Assembly (NCBI GenBank): GCA_963767925.1
Contig: CAVYGB010000010.1
Span: 800,001-864,000, forward strand
Direction: 5' to 3'
DNA from: an uncultured delta proteobacterium
GTDB lineage: Bacteria; Myxococcota_A; Polyangia; Fen-1088
Length of the DNA: 64,000 bases
Positions 49,910 through 59,848 of the stretch are shown in pieces. The notes under the pieces were generated by a model. That model ran no database searches and was not told where the DNA came from. It saw nothing but the letters and a program-made list of their open reading frames with translations. A program made the translations under genes and the position numbers. Within the stretch, counting starts at the first letter, position 1. Each line of letters opens with the position of its first letter.

Positions 49910-51715
49910 TCAGCGCCGGCGGCGGCGGCCTATCCCGAGCAGGGCGAGGCCCAGCACCACCAGCGAGACGCTGGCGCTGGCGCCGCCGCCCGAGCCGACG
50001 CGGCAGTCGCAGCCGGCGGGGATGGGCTCGGGCGTCTCGGTGGGCTCGGTGGGTGGGGCGGTGCCGCCGGCGCCGCCGGTGCCCTGGCCGGAGGGGGTCG
50101 GGGGGACTGGCGGTCGCATGGGGGCGGGGGCGCCACCGGCGCCGCCGGCGCCCGAGGGGGGCGGCGAAGTGGCGCCGGCACCGCCGTCGGTGGTGGGGAC
50201 GGCGGCGGGGGGCGCGCCGTTGATGGTGAAGGGGCCGGCCGCGCAGCTCTCGGGGCCGGGACCGGGGGCCATGACCGTCGAGTCGTCGAGGCAGCGGGCG
50301 GCGGCGCCGGGCGTGCTGCCGGGGATCTCGATGCGCACGGTGGCCTGGCGGGCGTCGAGGGACTCCACGGTGAAGGTGATGCCGCCGGCAGGGTCGCTGT
50401 AGCTGGCCCCGGCCAGCAGGCCCTGCTGGCCCATCGCCGCCCCCATGTCGAGGTACCAGGTGTGGGTCGGCCGCTGGGTGGCGCCGCGCGTGTCGTTCGA
50501 GACCCGCACCTGCACCTGCGGCTGCAGCGTGCGGTCGATGCCGTGGGGCGCCCGCAGCTCGAGGTAATAGTGGGTCAGCTCGGTGATGCCCGAGCCGCCG
50601 CCTCCGCCCGAGCGGAAGAACGGCCGGGTCTTGCCCATGGGCACCTGCAGGGACTGGATGCCGTCGCAGGGCAGCTCGATCGGCAGCAGGGTGTAGGTGC
50701 CGCTCGAGGTGACCTCGGCCATGTTGCACTTGCCCAGCCAGCCCACGTAGGTCTTCTGGAAGCTGTTCATGTGCCGGCAGCCGCCCCGCCCCATCGGGTC
50801 GAAGCTGTCCCCGTATTCGCTGTGGGTGCAGACGTCCTGGACCACGTCGAGGAAGGGCACCGCCCCCGCCATGCAGGTGATGGCCGACGAGTGGCGCATG
50901 CCGAAGTTGTGCCCCGGCTCCTGGATGAGGACGCCGCAGCTCGCGGAGGCGTTGTACCAGGTGTCCTTCGACGGGCGGGCGGCGGTCCCGCCCGAGGCCA
51001 GCCCGGTCCAGCCGCAGGCTTCCACCCGCGAGCCCATGTACCAGAGGTAGTGATCGAAGGTGCCGGGGATCATCGGTTTCAAGGCGGTGGCCATGGCCCG
51101 CGTCCCGCAGCCGGTCATCGTGAACGGGAAGGGCCCGAACACCTGGCCGGTGACGTCCTGGCGGCCGTAGGAGGCCTCATTGAAGTATTGCCGGACGGAG
51201 GCGTTGCCCATCATCGGCACGTTGCTGAACAGGCGGCGGTTGGCCTCCTCGACGGTGAGGTTGACCCCGCCGCCGACGTCGACGAGCACGAAGGCGAAGC
51301 TGCGCGGGCGCTGGGGAGGGGCGTTGATGAGCGCGCGCGCGACCTGCTCGACCGCCTCGTCGTTGGTCTTCACCCGCTCGATGCGGGAGACCTCGAGCCC
51401 CTCGCCGATGGCGGCGCCCCAGACGTCGACCACGCTGCCGGGGGGCAGATCGGGGTCGCGGGTCAGGTACAGGCGGCGCTCGTCGCGCTCGCTCCCCTCG
51501 ACCCGCAGGAAATATTGCTCGTCGCTGCTGCCGTCGTCGAAGCTCAGCGTGTAGAGGACAAGCTCGCCGCGCAGGGCGCCCGGCGCCGGCGGATCGGGCT
51601 GGTCGGCGCTGGGGAGCTCGGCGGTGCAGGCGGCGATCCCGATCGCGCCAGCCAGGGCCAGCAGCAGGCGGGTGGCCCTACCGGCGTTCCCCCGGCGGTT
51701 CGATGACGCTTCCAT
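49910..51715 (-). CDS. gametolysin/M11-like metalloprotease with MYXO-CTERM-like tail
   Basis: QEPGHNFGMRHS, EYGDSFDPMG, HMNSFQK..GWL, YYLELR; AGCDCRVG..hydrophobic..RRRRR. Confidence 0.8.
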   Translation of the reverse strand: MEASSNRRGNAGRATRLLLALAGAIGIAACTAELPSADQPDPPAPGALRGELVLYTLSFDDGSSDEQYFLRVEGSERDERRLYLTRDPDLPPGSVVDVWGAAIGEGLEVSRIERVKTNDEAVEQVARALINAPPQRPRSFAFVLVDVGGGVNLTVEEANRRLFSNVPMMGNASVRQYFNEASYGRQDVTGQVFGPFPFTMTGCGTRAMATALKPMIPGTFDHYLWYMGSRVEACGWTGLASGGTAARPSKDTWYNASASCGVLIQEPGHNFGMRHSSAITCMAGAVPFLDVVQDVCTHSEYGDSFDPMGRGGCRHMNSFQKTYVGWLGKCNMAEVTSSGTYTLLPIELPCDGIQSLQVPMGKTRPFFRSGGGGGSGITELTHYYLELRAPHGIDRTLQPQVQVRVSNDTRGATQRPTHTWYLDMGAAMGQQGLLAGASYSDPAGGITFTVESLDARQATVRIEIPGSTPGAAARCLDDSTVMAPGPGPESCAAGPFTINGAPPAAVPTTDGGAGATSPPPSGAGGAGGAPAPMRPPVPPTPSGQGTGGAGGTAPPTEPTETPEPIPAGCDCRVGSGGGASASVSLVVLGLALLGIGRRRRR

Positions 51716-51871
51716 ATGTGGCTCCTCCGCAGGTCGAGAGAGGTGGGGGGGCCAAAAAGAACAAAGAAACGATCCCGCGCGGACAGCGGACCCGCGCGTC
51801 GCAGAAGCGAGAGACGGCCCCCATGATACACAGCGTCCCGACCGGCGGCCAGCGCCGCCGCGGGGGCGGTG

Positions 51872-52684
51872 TCACGGGGTCGTCTCACGGGGTTTCGGGA
51901 GCTTTGTTCCGGGCTTTTCGCCGGGTGAGCCGGGCGGAGCGCCACCGCCGGCCAGCAGCCCATCGATCACCTCGGCCACCGAGGGATCGACGAGCAGGCC
52001 AGTGTGGGTGGTGGGCAGGGTCAGGTGACGGGCGCCCTGCAAGCGGGTGACGGGATCGGGGGCGAAGAAGTCGCGCTCTCCCGACACGGTCGTCACCTCG
52101 ACCCCCCGGGGCATCGCGGTCGTGCGCAGGTCGCGCAGGACCGGGCTGGAGGGGAGCAGCTCGACGCTGGCCCGCCCGAGGGGAGCGGTGACCAGGCCGA
52201 GCAGCGCCGACCAGGTGCCGCCCACCGGGCTGCCGAGCAGGACCAGCTTGCCCACCCGATCCCGCCCGCCGAGACACTTCACGTAATACAGGCCCACCAG
52301 CCCGCCCATCGAGTGCCCGACGATGTTGACCGTGCGGATCGAGGTCTGCGCGACGAGCGCCTCGACCTTCCGGGCGATCACGCCGGCGGCCTGGCGGATG
52401 CCGCCCAGGTTGAGGGGACCGATCCGGTAGGTGAAGACGAGGTAGCCCTTGCGGGTGAGGCGCTGCTCGAGCAGGTGGAGCGACCCGCGGGTGGCCATGT
52501 AGCCGTGGACCAGCAGGAGCGGCGGGCGCGCCGGATCCAGGCGGCCACTGTCGTGGCCCTGATCGGCGCCGGGTGCGACCCGGATGCGGTTGCCGCGCAG
52601 GAGCTGACGCACGTAGAGGGCCGCGCTGCCTGCGTCCCGGGTCAGGTCGGTCGTCCGCGAGGAAAGCCAGTCCAGAACACCCAT
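51872..52684 (-). CDS. alpha/beta-fold lipase/esterase
   Basis: LLLVHGY, IVGHSMGG, LGSPVGGT, THTGLL. Confidence 0.88.
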   Translation of the reverse strand: MGVLDWLSSRTTDLTRDAGSAALYVRQLLRGNRIRVAPGADQGHDSGRLDPARPPLLLVHGYMATRGSLHLLEQRLTRKGYLVFTYRIGPLNLGGIRQAAGVIARKVEALVAQTSIRTVNIVGHSMGGLVGLYYVKCLGGRDRVGKLVLLGSPVGGTWSALLGLVTAPLGRASVELLPSSPVLRDLRTTAMPRGVEVTTVSGERDFFAPDPVTRLQGARHLTLPTTHTGLLVDPSVAEVIDGLLAGGGAPPGSPGEKPGTKLPKPRETTP

Positions 52685-52704
52685 CGATCGACCGATATTA
52701 GCAT

Positions 52705-54471
52705 TTGATGCAGGACGTCCGTCCCGGCGGGCCTCCGTCTACCAAGACGGGGCGGACCCAGCCGACCCGGCTGATGGGCCGCTTCCAGTGCGAAGCGCTG
52801 CTCCAGAGCGAAGGCCTGCTCGAGACCTGGCGCGCGCGCGTGCAGGGGCTGGCCGGCTTCGACCGGGTCTTTGCCGTCAAATGCCTGCTGGCGGGCGCGC
52901 TCACGCGCCGGCCCCGGGCGGCCGAGGACCTGTTGCGCACCGCCCGCGCGCTCGCCGCGCTGAAGGATGGGCGCCTGGCGACCGTGATGGACAGCGGCCT
53001 GGCCCCGGGCTCGGCCTTCGTGGCCACCGAGTTCATCCACGGCGTCTCGCTGCGGGCGCTGCGCGAATACGTCCACGGGCGGGCCGCCGAGGAGGGGGGC
53101 CGCCCGCTGTCCTGGCCGGCGGTGCTGGTACATCTGTGCGCCGAGATCGCGAGCGCGCTCGCGGCCGCCCACGGGGCGGAGACGCCCCTCACCCACGGAG
53201 CCCTCGCCGCCGGCGCGGTGATGGTGACGCCGCAGGGGAGCATCAAGCTGGTCGACCTGGGGCTGTTCGCGGCGGTGCACACCCCGGCCGAGATCGCCGC
53301 CAGCCCCGTGCGCCGCCCCTGCGCGGCCCCCGAGCTGACCCGGGGCCAGGCGCCGGGCCCCGCCTCCGACATGTACGCGCTCGGCGCGCTCGCGCTCGAG
53401 CTGGCCACCGGGCGCGAGCGGCGCGCCTCCGGCAAGCTCGACAGCGGCACCTCCTGGTCGCGCGTGCTGGCGAGCGAGCTGCAGACCCTGATCCGGCGGC
53501 TGCTCTCCTTCGAGCCCGGTGAGCGGCCCTCCGCCGCGGAGGTGGAGGCCACCCTGCGGGAGGCGGCGGCGCTGACCCGGGGCATCGACCCGCGCGGCGA
53601 GCTCGGCCAGCTCGTGCGGCGGGTGCTGCACTCCAACGGCAACGAGCCGGTGCCGGGAGGCGACGCCGCCATGCAGGCGGACACCGAGGAGCCGCCGGCC
53701 TTCGAGGAGCACGACCTCACCCCGGTGCAGGACACCACCTCCGACCACGTGTTCGGCGACGAGCCGACCCAGGTGCTGGCCGTCGCCGAGGACGGCCACC
53801 CCGACCGCCTGCGCGGGATCCTGCGCGACATGCGGCAGGAGACCGGCGAGGAGGGCACCCTCATCGACGCGACCCGGGGGCACAACACGCCGATCTTCGG
53901 CACGCCGGTGGTGGCCGCCGCCCCCGACGGCTCCGAAGACGTGGAGGGCGCGGTCTCCTGGCACCCGGTCGGCCTGCCCCCCGAGGACGCCGGCGCGGCC
54001 GACGCCTCGGCCGAGACCCGCATCCAGGCGGTCCCCGCGTCCGAGGAGCTCGAGCTGCCCCCCCGCCTCGCGCCGGTGCCGATCACCGCCCGCTTCCAGC
54101 GCGTCTCCATCACGCCGGCCAACCAGCCGTCGAGCCCGTCGGGTGCATCCGAGCCGCGCGCCCACCTGCAGCGCTTCGAGGAGTTCACGACCGACGTGCC
54201 CCTGCCGGCCCACTTTACCCCCTCGGGCTGGCATCCGGCCGGCAACCTCGACGGCCCCACCGAGACCGACACCTCACCGATGCGGAACGAGTCCGCCTCG
54301 GCGGAGCGGCGGGGCGCGCGCCGCCGTCGCCCGCAGCGCGGGCTGGGGAAGCTGCCGAAGGTGATGCTGGTGCTGGTGGCGGCCGCCGTGTTCGGCGCTG
54401 GCCTCGCGGCGACGGTGCGGTTCGTGGCGGGCAAACCGCCCGCCACCGTCACCAGTAGCCCGACCCGCTGA
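52705..54471 (+). CDS. degenerate Ser/Thr kinase-like protein (pseudokinase) with C-terminal TM
   Basis: FAVK, EFIHG, APE, SDMYALG retained; no Gly loop; HRD replaced by HGA; DFG replaced by DLG. Confidence 0.85.
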   Translation: MMQDVRPGGPPSTKTGRTQPTRLMGRFQCEALLQSEGLLETWRARVQGLAGFDRVFAVKCLLAGALTRRPRAAEDLLRTARALAALKDGRLATVMDSGLAPGSAFVATEFIHGVSLRALREYVHGRAAEEGGRPLSWPAVLVHLCAEIASALAAAHGAETPLTHGALAAGAVMVTPQGSIKLVDLGLFAAVHTPAEIAASPVRRPCAAPELTRGQAPGPASDMYALGALALELATGRERRASGKLDSGTSWSRVLASELQTLIRRLLSFEPGERPSAAEVEATLREAAALTRGIDPRGELGQLVRRVLHSNGNEPVPGGDAAMQADTEEPPAFEEHDLTPVQDTTSDHVFGDEPTQVLAVAEDGHPDRLRGILRDMRQETGEEGTLIDATRGHNTPIFGTPVVAAAPDGSEDVEGAVSWHPVGLPPEDAGAADASAETRIQAVPASEELELPPRLAPVPITARFQRVSITPANQPSSPSGASEPRAHLQRFEEFTTDVPLPAHFTPSGWHPAGNLDGPTETDTSPMRNESASAERRGARRRRPQRGLGKLPKVMLVLVAAAVFGAGLAATVRFVAGKPPATVTSSPTR

Positions 54472-54474
54472 GCG

Positions 54475-56008
54475 TCAGCGGGGCGCCCGGGCGGGGGCCG
54501 GCGGCGTCCGGGGGGCGCCGTCGACCTGGACCGGCTCGGGCAGGGCGCCCGAGGAGCGGGCCGATTTGGGATCCTGGCGGTAGCGGGTCCAGGCGATGCC
54601 GGCGGCGATGCCCGCGCCCAGCAGCAGCAGGTAGGCCGCCGCGATCAGGCCCGGGCGGCCGACCGAGGCCCGGCGGCGCGGCGGCGCCAGCGGGGGCGGC
54701 ATCGGCGGCCGCGGCATCGACGGGGCCCCCGGAGGCGCCATCATCGACGGGCGACGGGGCCATCATCGACGGGGCCATCATCGACGGAGGCGGGGGCGGG
54801 GGCGGGGGGAAGGCGGGGGTGCGCGCCCGCTCGCGCGGGCCCATCAGCGCGGCCGCCGGCAGCGGCGGAGGAGGCGACGGCGCGGGCGGCGTGGCCTGGT
54901 ACATGGGGGGCCCCGGCGGCGGGGTCTTCTGCTGCGGTCGCAGCGAGATCGTCGCGGTGGCCCCGTAGTCATCGTCGATGAGCGAGCTGTCGACGACGCC
55001 GATGGAGGCCGCCTCCCGCCCCTCGAGGTTCTTGCCCGGCGGCAGGCGGTCGGGATCGTTGGCGTGCGATTCGTCCTGGGTCCAGGCGTCGGGATCGGGC
55101 CCCAGCAACTCGGCCAGCTCGGCGGCGAGCTGGGGGGCCGAATAGAGCAGGCCCTGCCGCCGGGCCAGGTCGCGCAGGGACTCGGCGAAGGCCCGGGCGT
55201 CGGGGTGGCGGTCGTCGCGATCGCGGGCCAGGGCCTTCTCGAAGATGATCTCCATCTCGTGGGGCAGGTCGGGGCGCTTCTTGGAGAGCCTTGGGACCTC
55301 CTGGCCGTAGATGTCCTCGGGCGGGGTCTGCAGGTCCCCCGAGAAGAGCCGCTCGCCGGTCAGGGTCTCGAAGATGCAGACCGCGATCGAGAAGAGATCG
55401 CTGCGGGCGTCGAGGGGCTGGTTCTGCGCCTGCTCGGGCGACATGTAGCCGACCTTGCCCCGCACCCGGTAGAACACCGAGGAGAAGGTCGAGGCCTTGG
55501 CGATGCCGAAGTCCGACAGCTTCACGTCCCCCTGCGCGGAGCACAGGATGTTCGAGGGGGAGACGTCGCGGTGGATGATGCCGAGAGGCGACCCGCTGGG
55601 GGCCCGGCGGCCGTGGGCATAGGCCAGGCCGGCCAGGATCTCGAGGGCCACGTGCAGCACCGCCTGGGCCGAGAGCGGGTTGCGGGTCATGCGCGACCGC
55701 CAGCCGATGGTCCGCAGGTCGGCGCCCCGCACGTACTCCATCACGATGAAGAGCGAGTCCTCCGACGAGACCAGGTCGAACGTGCGCACGATATTGACGT
55801 GATCCAGCGAGGCAGAGATTTTTGCCTCCCGGAAGAACAGATCGCGAAACTCCGGTCGTTCGGTAAACTCGGGCAGAAGCTGCTTGAGGACCACCTCCTT
55901 CTCGAACCCGCCGGCCCCGAGCTTCTTGCCGAGATAAATCGCGCCCATACCTCCCTCGGCGAGATACCGCTCGATCCGGTATTTGCGCTGTGGGGCCTGG
56001 GCGACCAT
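54475..56008 (-). CDS. Ser/Thr protein kinase with Pro-rich linker and C-terminal TM, frameshifted near 54750
   Basis: GGMG, VVLK, IHRDVSPSN, DFG, GKVGYMSPEQ, SDLFS; TM (LIAAAYLLLLGAGIAAGIAW) lies in the frame ending 54475. Confidence 0.9.
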
Positions 56009-56049
56009 CGGAACGCAAAGTAGGATCGCTCACAAGTCGAACCATTCCA

Positions 56050-56523
56050 ATGGCCTTCCGCCTACAAACCTTGCTGGATCTGAAGCTGCGCGCCGAGGAG
56101 GACGCCGAGCGCGCCATGGCGACGGCAATGGCGGAGCGCGCCAAGGTGGAGGCACGACAGGCCCAGCTCGAGGCGGAGGTCACCCGGGCACGCGAGCGGG
56201 TGGCCGAGGCGCGTCGGGCGGCGGCCGATCCGGTGGCGGTGGCGGGCGACGGGCTGGCCCGGGAACGTTTCCGGGAGCGGCTGGCCGAGCAGGTGAAGAT
56301 ATGCCTGGAGACGGCGCGGGTGCACCGGGCGGGGCCGCTGGCCGCCGCCATCGCCGCCGAGGACGCGGCCAGGCAGACCCACCTCGAGGCGCGGCGCGAG
56401 CGGGAAGCGCTGGAAAAGCACAAGGAGAAGGAGGCCGCCCGCGAGCGGCAGATCGCCGAGCGGCGCTCGGAGGACGCGGCCAGCGACCTCGCCATCGCCG
56501 CCCACTTCCGCAAGCAGCGCTGA
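56050..56523 (+). CDS. FliJ/SctO (YscO)-like coiled-coil protein
   Basis: 157 aa; MAFRLQTLLDLKLRAEEDAE N-terminus; ALEKHKEK..E...DLA C-terminus. Confidence 0.7.
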   Translation: MAFRLQTLLDLKLRAEEDAERAMATAMAERAKVEARQAQLEAEVTRARERVAEARRAAADPVAVAGDGLARERFRERLAEQVKICLETARVHRAGPLAAAIAAEDAARQTHLEARREREALEKHKEKEAARERQIAERRSEDAASDLAIAAHFRKQR

Positions 56524-56607
56524 AGACGTTTTCAGCGGCCTCGGGGCCAGGCCGGGGCCGAACTTTGGCGATCTTCGGGCCGGCCTTCTTGAGGTAAAAA
56601 TGCCTTC

Positions 56608-57363
56608 ATGAAGCAAAGTCTCGTCTGGGTCGTCGCTCTGGCCGCCACCCTCGCTCTACCCCGGTCGTTCGCGATCGCCGGACCGGACGAGGCCAACACC
56701 CTCAGCGCCAAGGAGAAGGCCGCCGGCTGGCAGCTCCTCTTCGACGGCAAGAGCACCGCCGGCTGGCGCGGGTTCAAGACCGACAAGTTTCCCGAGAAGG
56801 GCTGGAAGGTCGTCGACGGGATCCTGGTCCACGAGAAGGCCGTGAAGGCCGGGGACATCGTCACCAAGGACACCTTCGACACCTTCGAGCTGCGGATCGA
56901 CTTCCGCCTCACACCGCGGGCCAACAGCGGCATCAAGTACCTGGTCGACGAGAACCTGGTGAAGGACGGGCGCCAGGGCGTCTCCTTCGAATACCAGGTG
57001 CTGGACGACGAGCTGCACCCCGACGCCACGAAGGGCAAGAACGGCAACCGCACCTGCGGCGGGCTCTACGACCTGCTCCCGCCCTCGGCGGATCGGGTGG
57101 TCAAGCCGATGGGGCAGTGGAACGAGGCCCGGATCGTCGTCGAGACCGGCAAGGTCGAGCACTGGCTCAACGGCAAGAAGGTCGTCTCCTTCACGCGCGG
57201 CGGCCCCGAGATCAAGGCCGCCATCGCCGACAGCAAGTTCAAGGAGATCCCGGGCTTTGGCGAGACCGCCAAGGGCCACATCCTCCTGCAGGACCACAAC
57301 GACGAGATCGCCTTCCGGAACATCAAGATCCGGAAGATCACCGCCCGCGCCGCCAGCCGCTGA
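56608..57363 (+). CDS. DUF1080 family secreted protein
   Basis: NTLS..GWQLLFDGKS..GWRG, ANSGIKY, EYQVLDD, GQWN, VEHWLNG, LQDHN..FRNIKI. Confidence 0.9.
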   Translation: MKQSLVWVVALAATLALPRSFAIAGPDEANTLSAKEKAAGWQLLFDGKSTAGWRGFKTDKFPEKGWKVVDGILVHEKAVKAGDIVTKDTFDTFELRIDFRLTPRANSGIKYLVDENLVKDGRQGVSFEYQVLDDELHPDATKGKNGNRTCGGLYDLLPPSADRVVKPMGQWNEARIVVETGKVEHWLNGKKVVSFTRGGPEIKAAIADSKFKEIPGFGETAKGHILLQDHNDEIAFRNIKIRKITARAASR

Positions 57364-57375
57364 GGCGGGCCGTCC

Positions 57376-57405
57376 CCTCTCCCTGCGGTCTCCCGCGGGG
57401 AGAGG
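57376..57405. terminator. hairpin (terminator or REP-like) between convergent genes
   Basis: CCTCTCCCTGCGG-TCTC-CCGCGGGGAGAGG: 13-bp stem with one G-T pair. Confidence 0.6.
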
Positions 57406-57442
57406 CCAACCGACAGATCTTCGCCCGCGCGGGCGGCGGCGC

Positions 57443-57913
57443 TCAGCGGCCCATGGTGGGGACGCTGTTGCCGCCGGTCACGTCGTCGGGGAGCTCCCGG
57501 CCGGGGGGCCGGGGGGCGGGGGGAGGCAGGACGGGCTTGCCGTCCGGCTTCAGGGTGAGGCGGCGGGTGGAGGGGGCCAGCGACGGCAGCTCGCTCACCT
57601 CGACCGCGCCGTCGGTGAAGGTCACGATGAGCGCCTGCGGCCCGGTCGGGCAGCGGCGCCAGGTGATCTCGCCATCGATGGCCAGGCCCGACCCGGCGCC
57701 GACGAGCGAATACAGGTCACCGTCTTCGAGGCCGCGCACCTGCAGCTCGCGGATCGCCCGGCCGCTGCCATTGACCAGGGTGACGTCGCCGCCGCCCTCC
57801 GGGCAATAAGCCTCGGTCGGGTCGTCCTCGCCGCCTGCTGCGTCCTGGCACCCGGCCGCCAGATTGACGGCCCCGACCAGCGCTACCAGCCAGAGCTTGC
57901 TTGCTCGATCCAT
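57443..57913 (-). CDS. hypothetical lipoprotein
   Basis: MDRASKLWLVALVGAVNLAAGC lipobox; purine-rich RBS; small beta domain. Confidence 0.7.
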   Translation of the reverse strand: MDRASKLWLVALVGAVNLAAGCQDAAGGEDDPTEAYCPEGGGDVTLVNGSGRAIRELQVRGLEDGDLYSLVGAGSGLAIDGEITWRRCPTGPQALIVTFTDGAVEVSELPSLAPSTRRLTLKPDGKPVLPPPAPRPPGRELPDDVTGGNSVPTMGR

Positions 57914-58009
57914 GACACGACTTCCTTCCCTGGGCGGATGAAGTCCGCCTCGCAGGGAGCAGTCGTCGGGTCGGCGCAGGGGTTTGAGGGGAGCCCGATG
58001 GGCAGCCGC

Positions 58010-58070
58010 GTTAGTTTGACAACTAACTTTAGTAGTTTTAGTTACATAACGAATTGCACATAAAATTGAT
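58010..58070. promoter_or_regulatory. AT-rich regulatory patch with palindrome
   Basis: GTTAGTT-TGAC-AACTAAC (58010-58027) plus further TAGTT copies. Confidence 0.5.
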
Positions 58071-58079
58071 GGAGGCGCC

Positions 58080-59075
58080 TCAGCCGGGCAACAGAGCGAA
58101 CGCGCTCTGCAGGCGTGCTTCCACCGCGCGCGCCTCCGCCACCGCCTGCTCGCCGGGGATCGACCTGAGCTCGACCGGATCGCCCGGCCAGAGCTGGGCG
58201 GCGCGGGCGCGATCGGCGGTCGCGAGGTGGCCCAGGCGCGGGTATCCCCCGATGGTGTTCCGGTCGGCCATGAGGAGGATCGGCAGCCCGTCGGGCGGGA
58301 GCTGGAAGGCGCCGGGGGCCGTGGGCTCGGACAGGCGCGCGCCGTCGGGCCGGCCGGGGAGCGGGTCGCCCTCGAAGCGGTAGCCGGTGCGCCCGGATCG
58401 GCTCGACAGGATGAAGCGGCTGCCGTCGAGCCGCGCGCGCGCCGGTGGCAACACCGCCGGGTCGTCTTCGGGGACCAGGCGCAGGACGGCGGGTCCCTCC
58501 GGGTAGAGCGGAGCCAGCGCGGCGGCCAGCGCGGCGACGACGCTGTCGAGCGGAGCGGGCGGCGGGGTCGGGTCGGCGGGGCGAAGGGCCAGCCGCTGGC
58601 CGGCGCGGAGCGGTCGGCCGCCGACGCCGCCCAGCCCGGCGCCGAGGTCGGTGGCGGCGCTGCCGAGCACGAGCGGGACGTCGAGGCCACCGGCCAGCGC
58701 GAGGCAGGCGCGCGCGCCCCGCCGCCGCGAGCGAAAGGCCAGGCGGGCGCCCGCCGGGGCGAGGGCGGCGGCAAAGGCGGGCAGCGGCTGCCCGTCGAGG
58801 GCGGCGTCGAGATCGCCGCCGGCCAGCGCGAAGCGGACGGTCCGCAGAAACAGGATCTCGCAGCCGGGCCCGGTCACCTCCAGGCCAGCGGCCGACTCGG
58901 GGCTGCCGGCCAGGCGGTTGGCCACCCGCTGGGCGAGCGGATCCATCGCCCCCGAGGGGCTCACCCCGAAGCGGCCCTGGCCGGGGCGGCCGAGGTCCTG
59001 GACGGTGGTGAGCAGGCCCGGGCGGACGATCTCGAGGGCCGGGGCGGGCGCAGCCGGCTCCCCGGGGGCGCTCAC
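58080..59075 (-). CDS. pxpC: 5-oxoprolinase subunit C / carboxyltransferase (AHS2) family
   Basis: PGLLTTVQDLGRPG..SGAMD..ANRL, RTGYRF, QLPPDGLPILLMADRNTIGGYP. Confidence 0.88.
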   Translation of the reverse strand: MSAPGEPAAPAPALEIVRPGLLTTVQDLGRPGQGRFGVSPSGAMDPLAQRVANRLAGSPESAAGLEVTGPGCEILFLRTVRFALAGGDLDAALDGQPLPAFAAALAPAGARLAFRSRRRGARACLALAGGLDVPLVLGSAATDLGAGLGGVGGRPLRAGQRLALRPADPTPPPAPLDSVVAALAAALAPLYPEGPAVLRLVPEDDPAVLPPARARLDGSRFILSSRSGRTGYRFEGDPLPGRPDGARLSEPTAPGAFQLPPDGLPILLMADRNTIGGYPRLGHLATADRARAAQLWPGDPVELRSIPGEQAVAEARAVEARLQSAFALLPG

Positions 59076-59828
59076 AGCCAGCTACCGAGCGGGGCGACGG
59101 CGACGCCGGCCGCCTGCAGCGCCATGCGGATGGCCTGCGCGCGCGCCCCCGCCCCCGGGTGGTCGCCGTGCAGGCAGAGGGTGTGCCCGACCTGGGCCAG
59201 CGCCGTCCCCTGCGCGGTCAGGACCTTTTCCTCGCACACCATGGCCACCGCGCGGGCGGCGACCGCCGCGTCGGGGAGCTCGAGCACGGCGCCGGGCTGA
59301 CCGCGGGGGATCAGCCGCCCGTCCTCGCCGTACTGGCGGTCGGCGAACACCTCCACCGCGAAGCGCAGCCCGTGGGCCTCGGCGCTCGCCGACAGCGCCG
59401 AGTCGGGCGGCCCGACGAGGATCAGAATCCCCGCCGGTGGCGCGGGTCGCCCGGGCGACGGCGTCGGCGATCTCCGGGCGGGCGGCGGCGAGGTGGTAGA
59501 GCGCCCCGTGCGGCTTGACGTGCTGGAGCCGGACGCCGGCCAGGCGGGCGAACCCGGCCAGGGCCCCCACCTGGTAGATCAGCAGGTCGAACACCTGCGC
59601 GGGCGGCAGCTCGATCGGCCGGCGGCCGAAGCCCTCCGGGTCGGCGAAGCCCGGGTGGGCGCCCACCGCCACCCCCGCCCGGGCGGCCGCCGCCAGGGTC
59701 TCGCGCATCAGGGTGGGACTGCCGGCGTGCACCCCGCAGGCGACGTTGGCCGAGGTCACGTGGGGCAACACGGCGGCGTCGTCCCCGGCGCCTTCGCCGA
59801 GGTCGCAGTTGAGGTCGACGGTGGTCAT
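59072..59828 (-). CDS. pxpA: 5-oxoprolinase subunit A (LamB/YcsF), frameshifted near 59428
   Basis: DLNCDLGEG, SANVACGVHAG, GAHPG, HVKPHGALY in frame 1; EVFADRQY, TLCLHGD in frame 2. Confidence 0.9.
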
Positions 59829-59848
59829 GTCGGCCTCGAAGTTTTACT

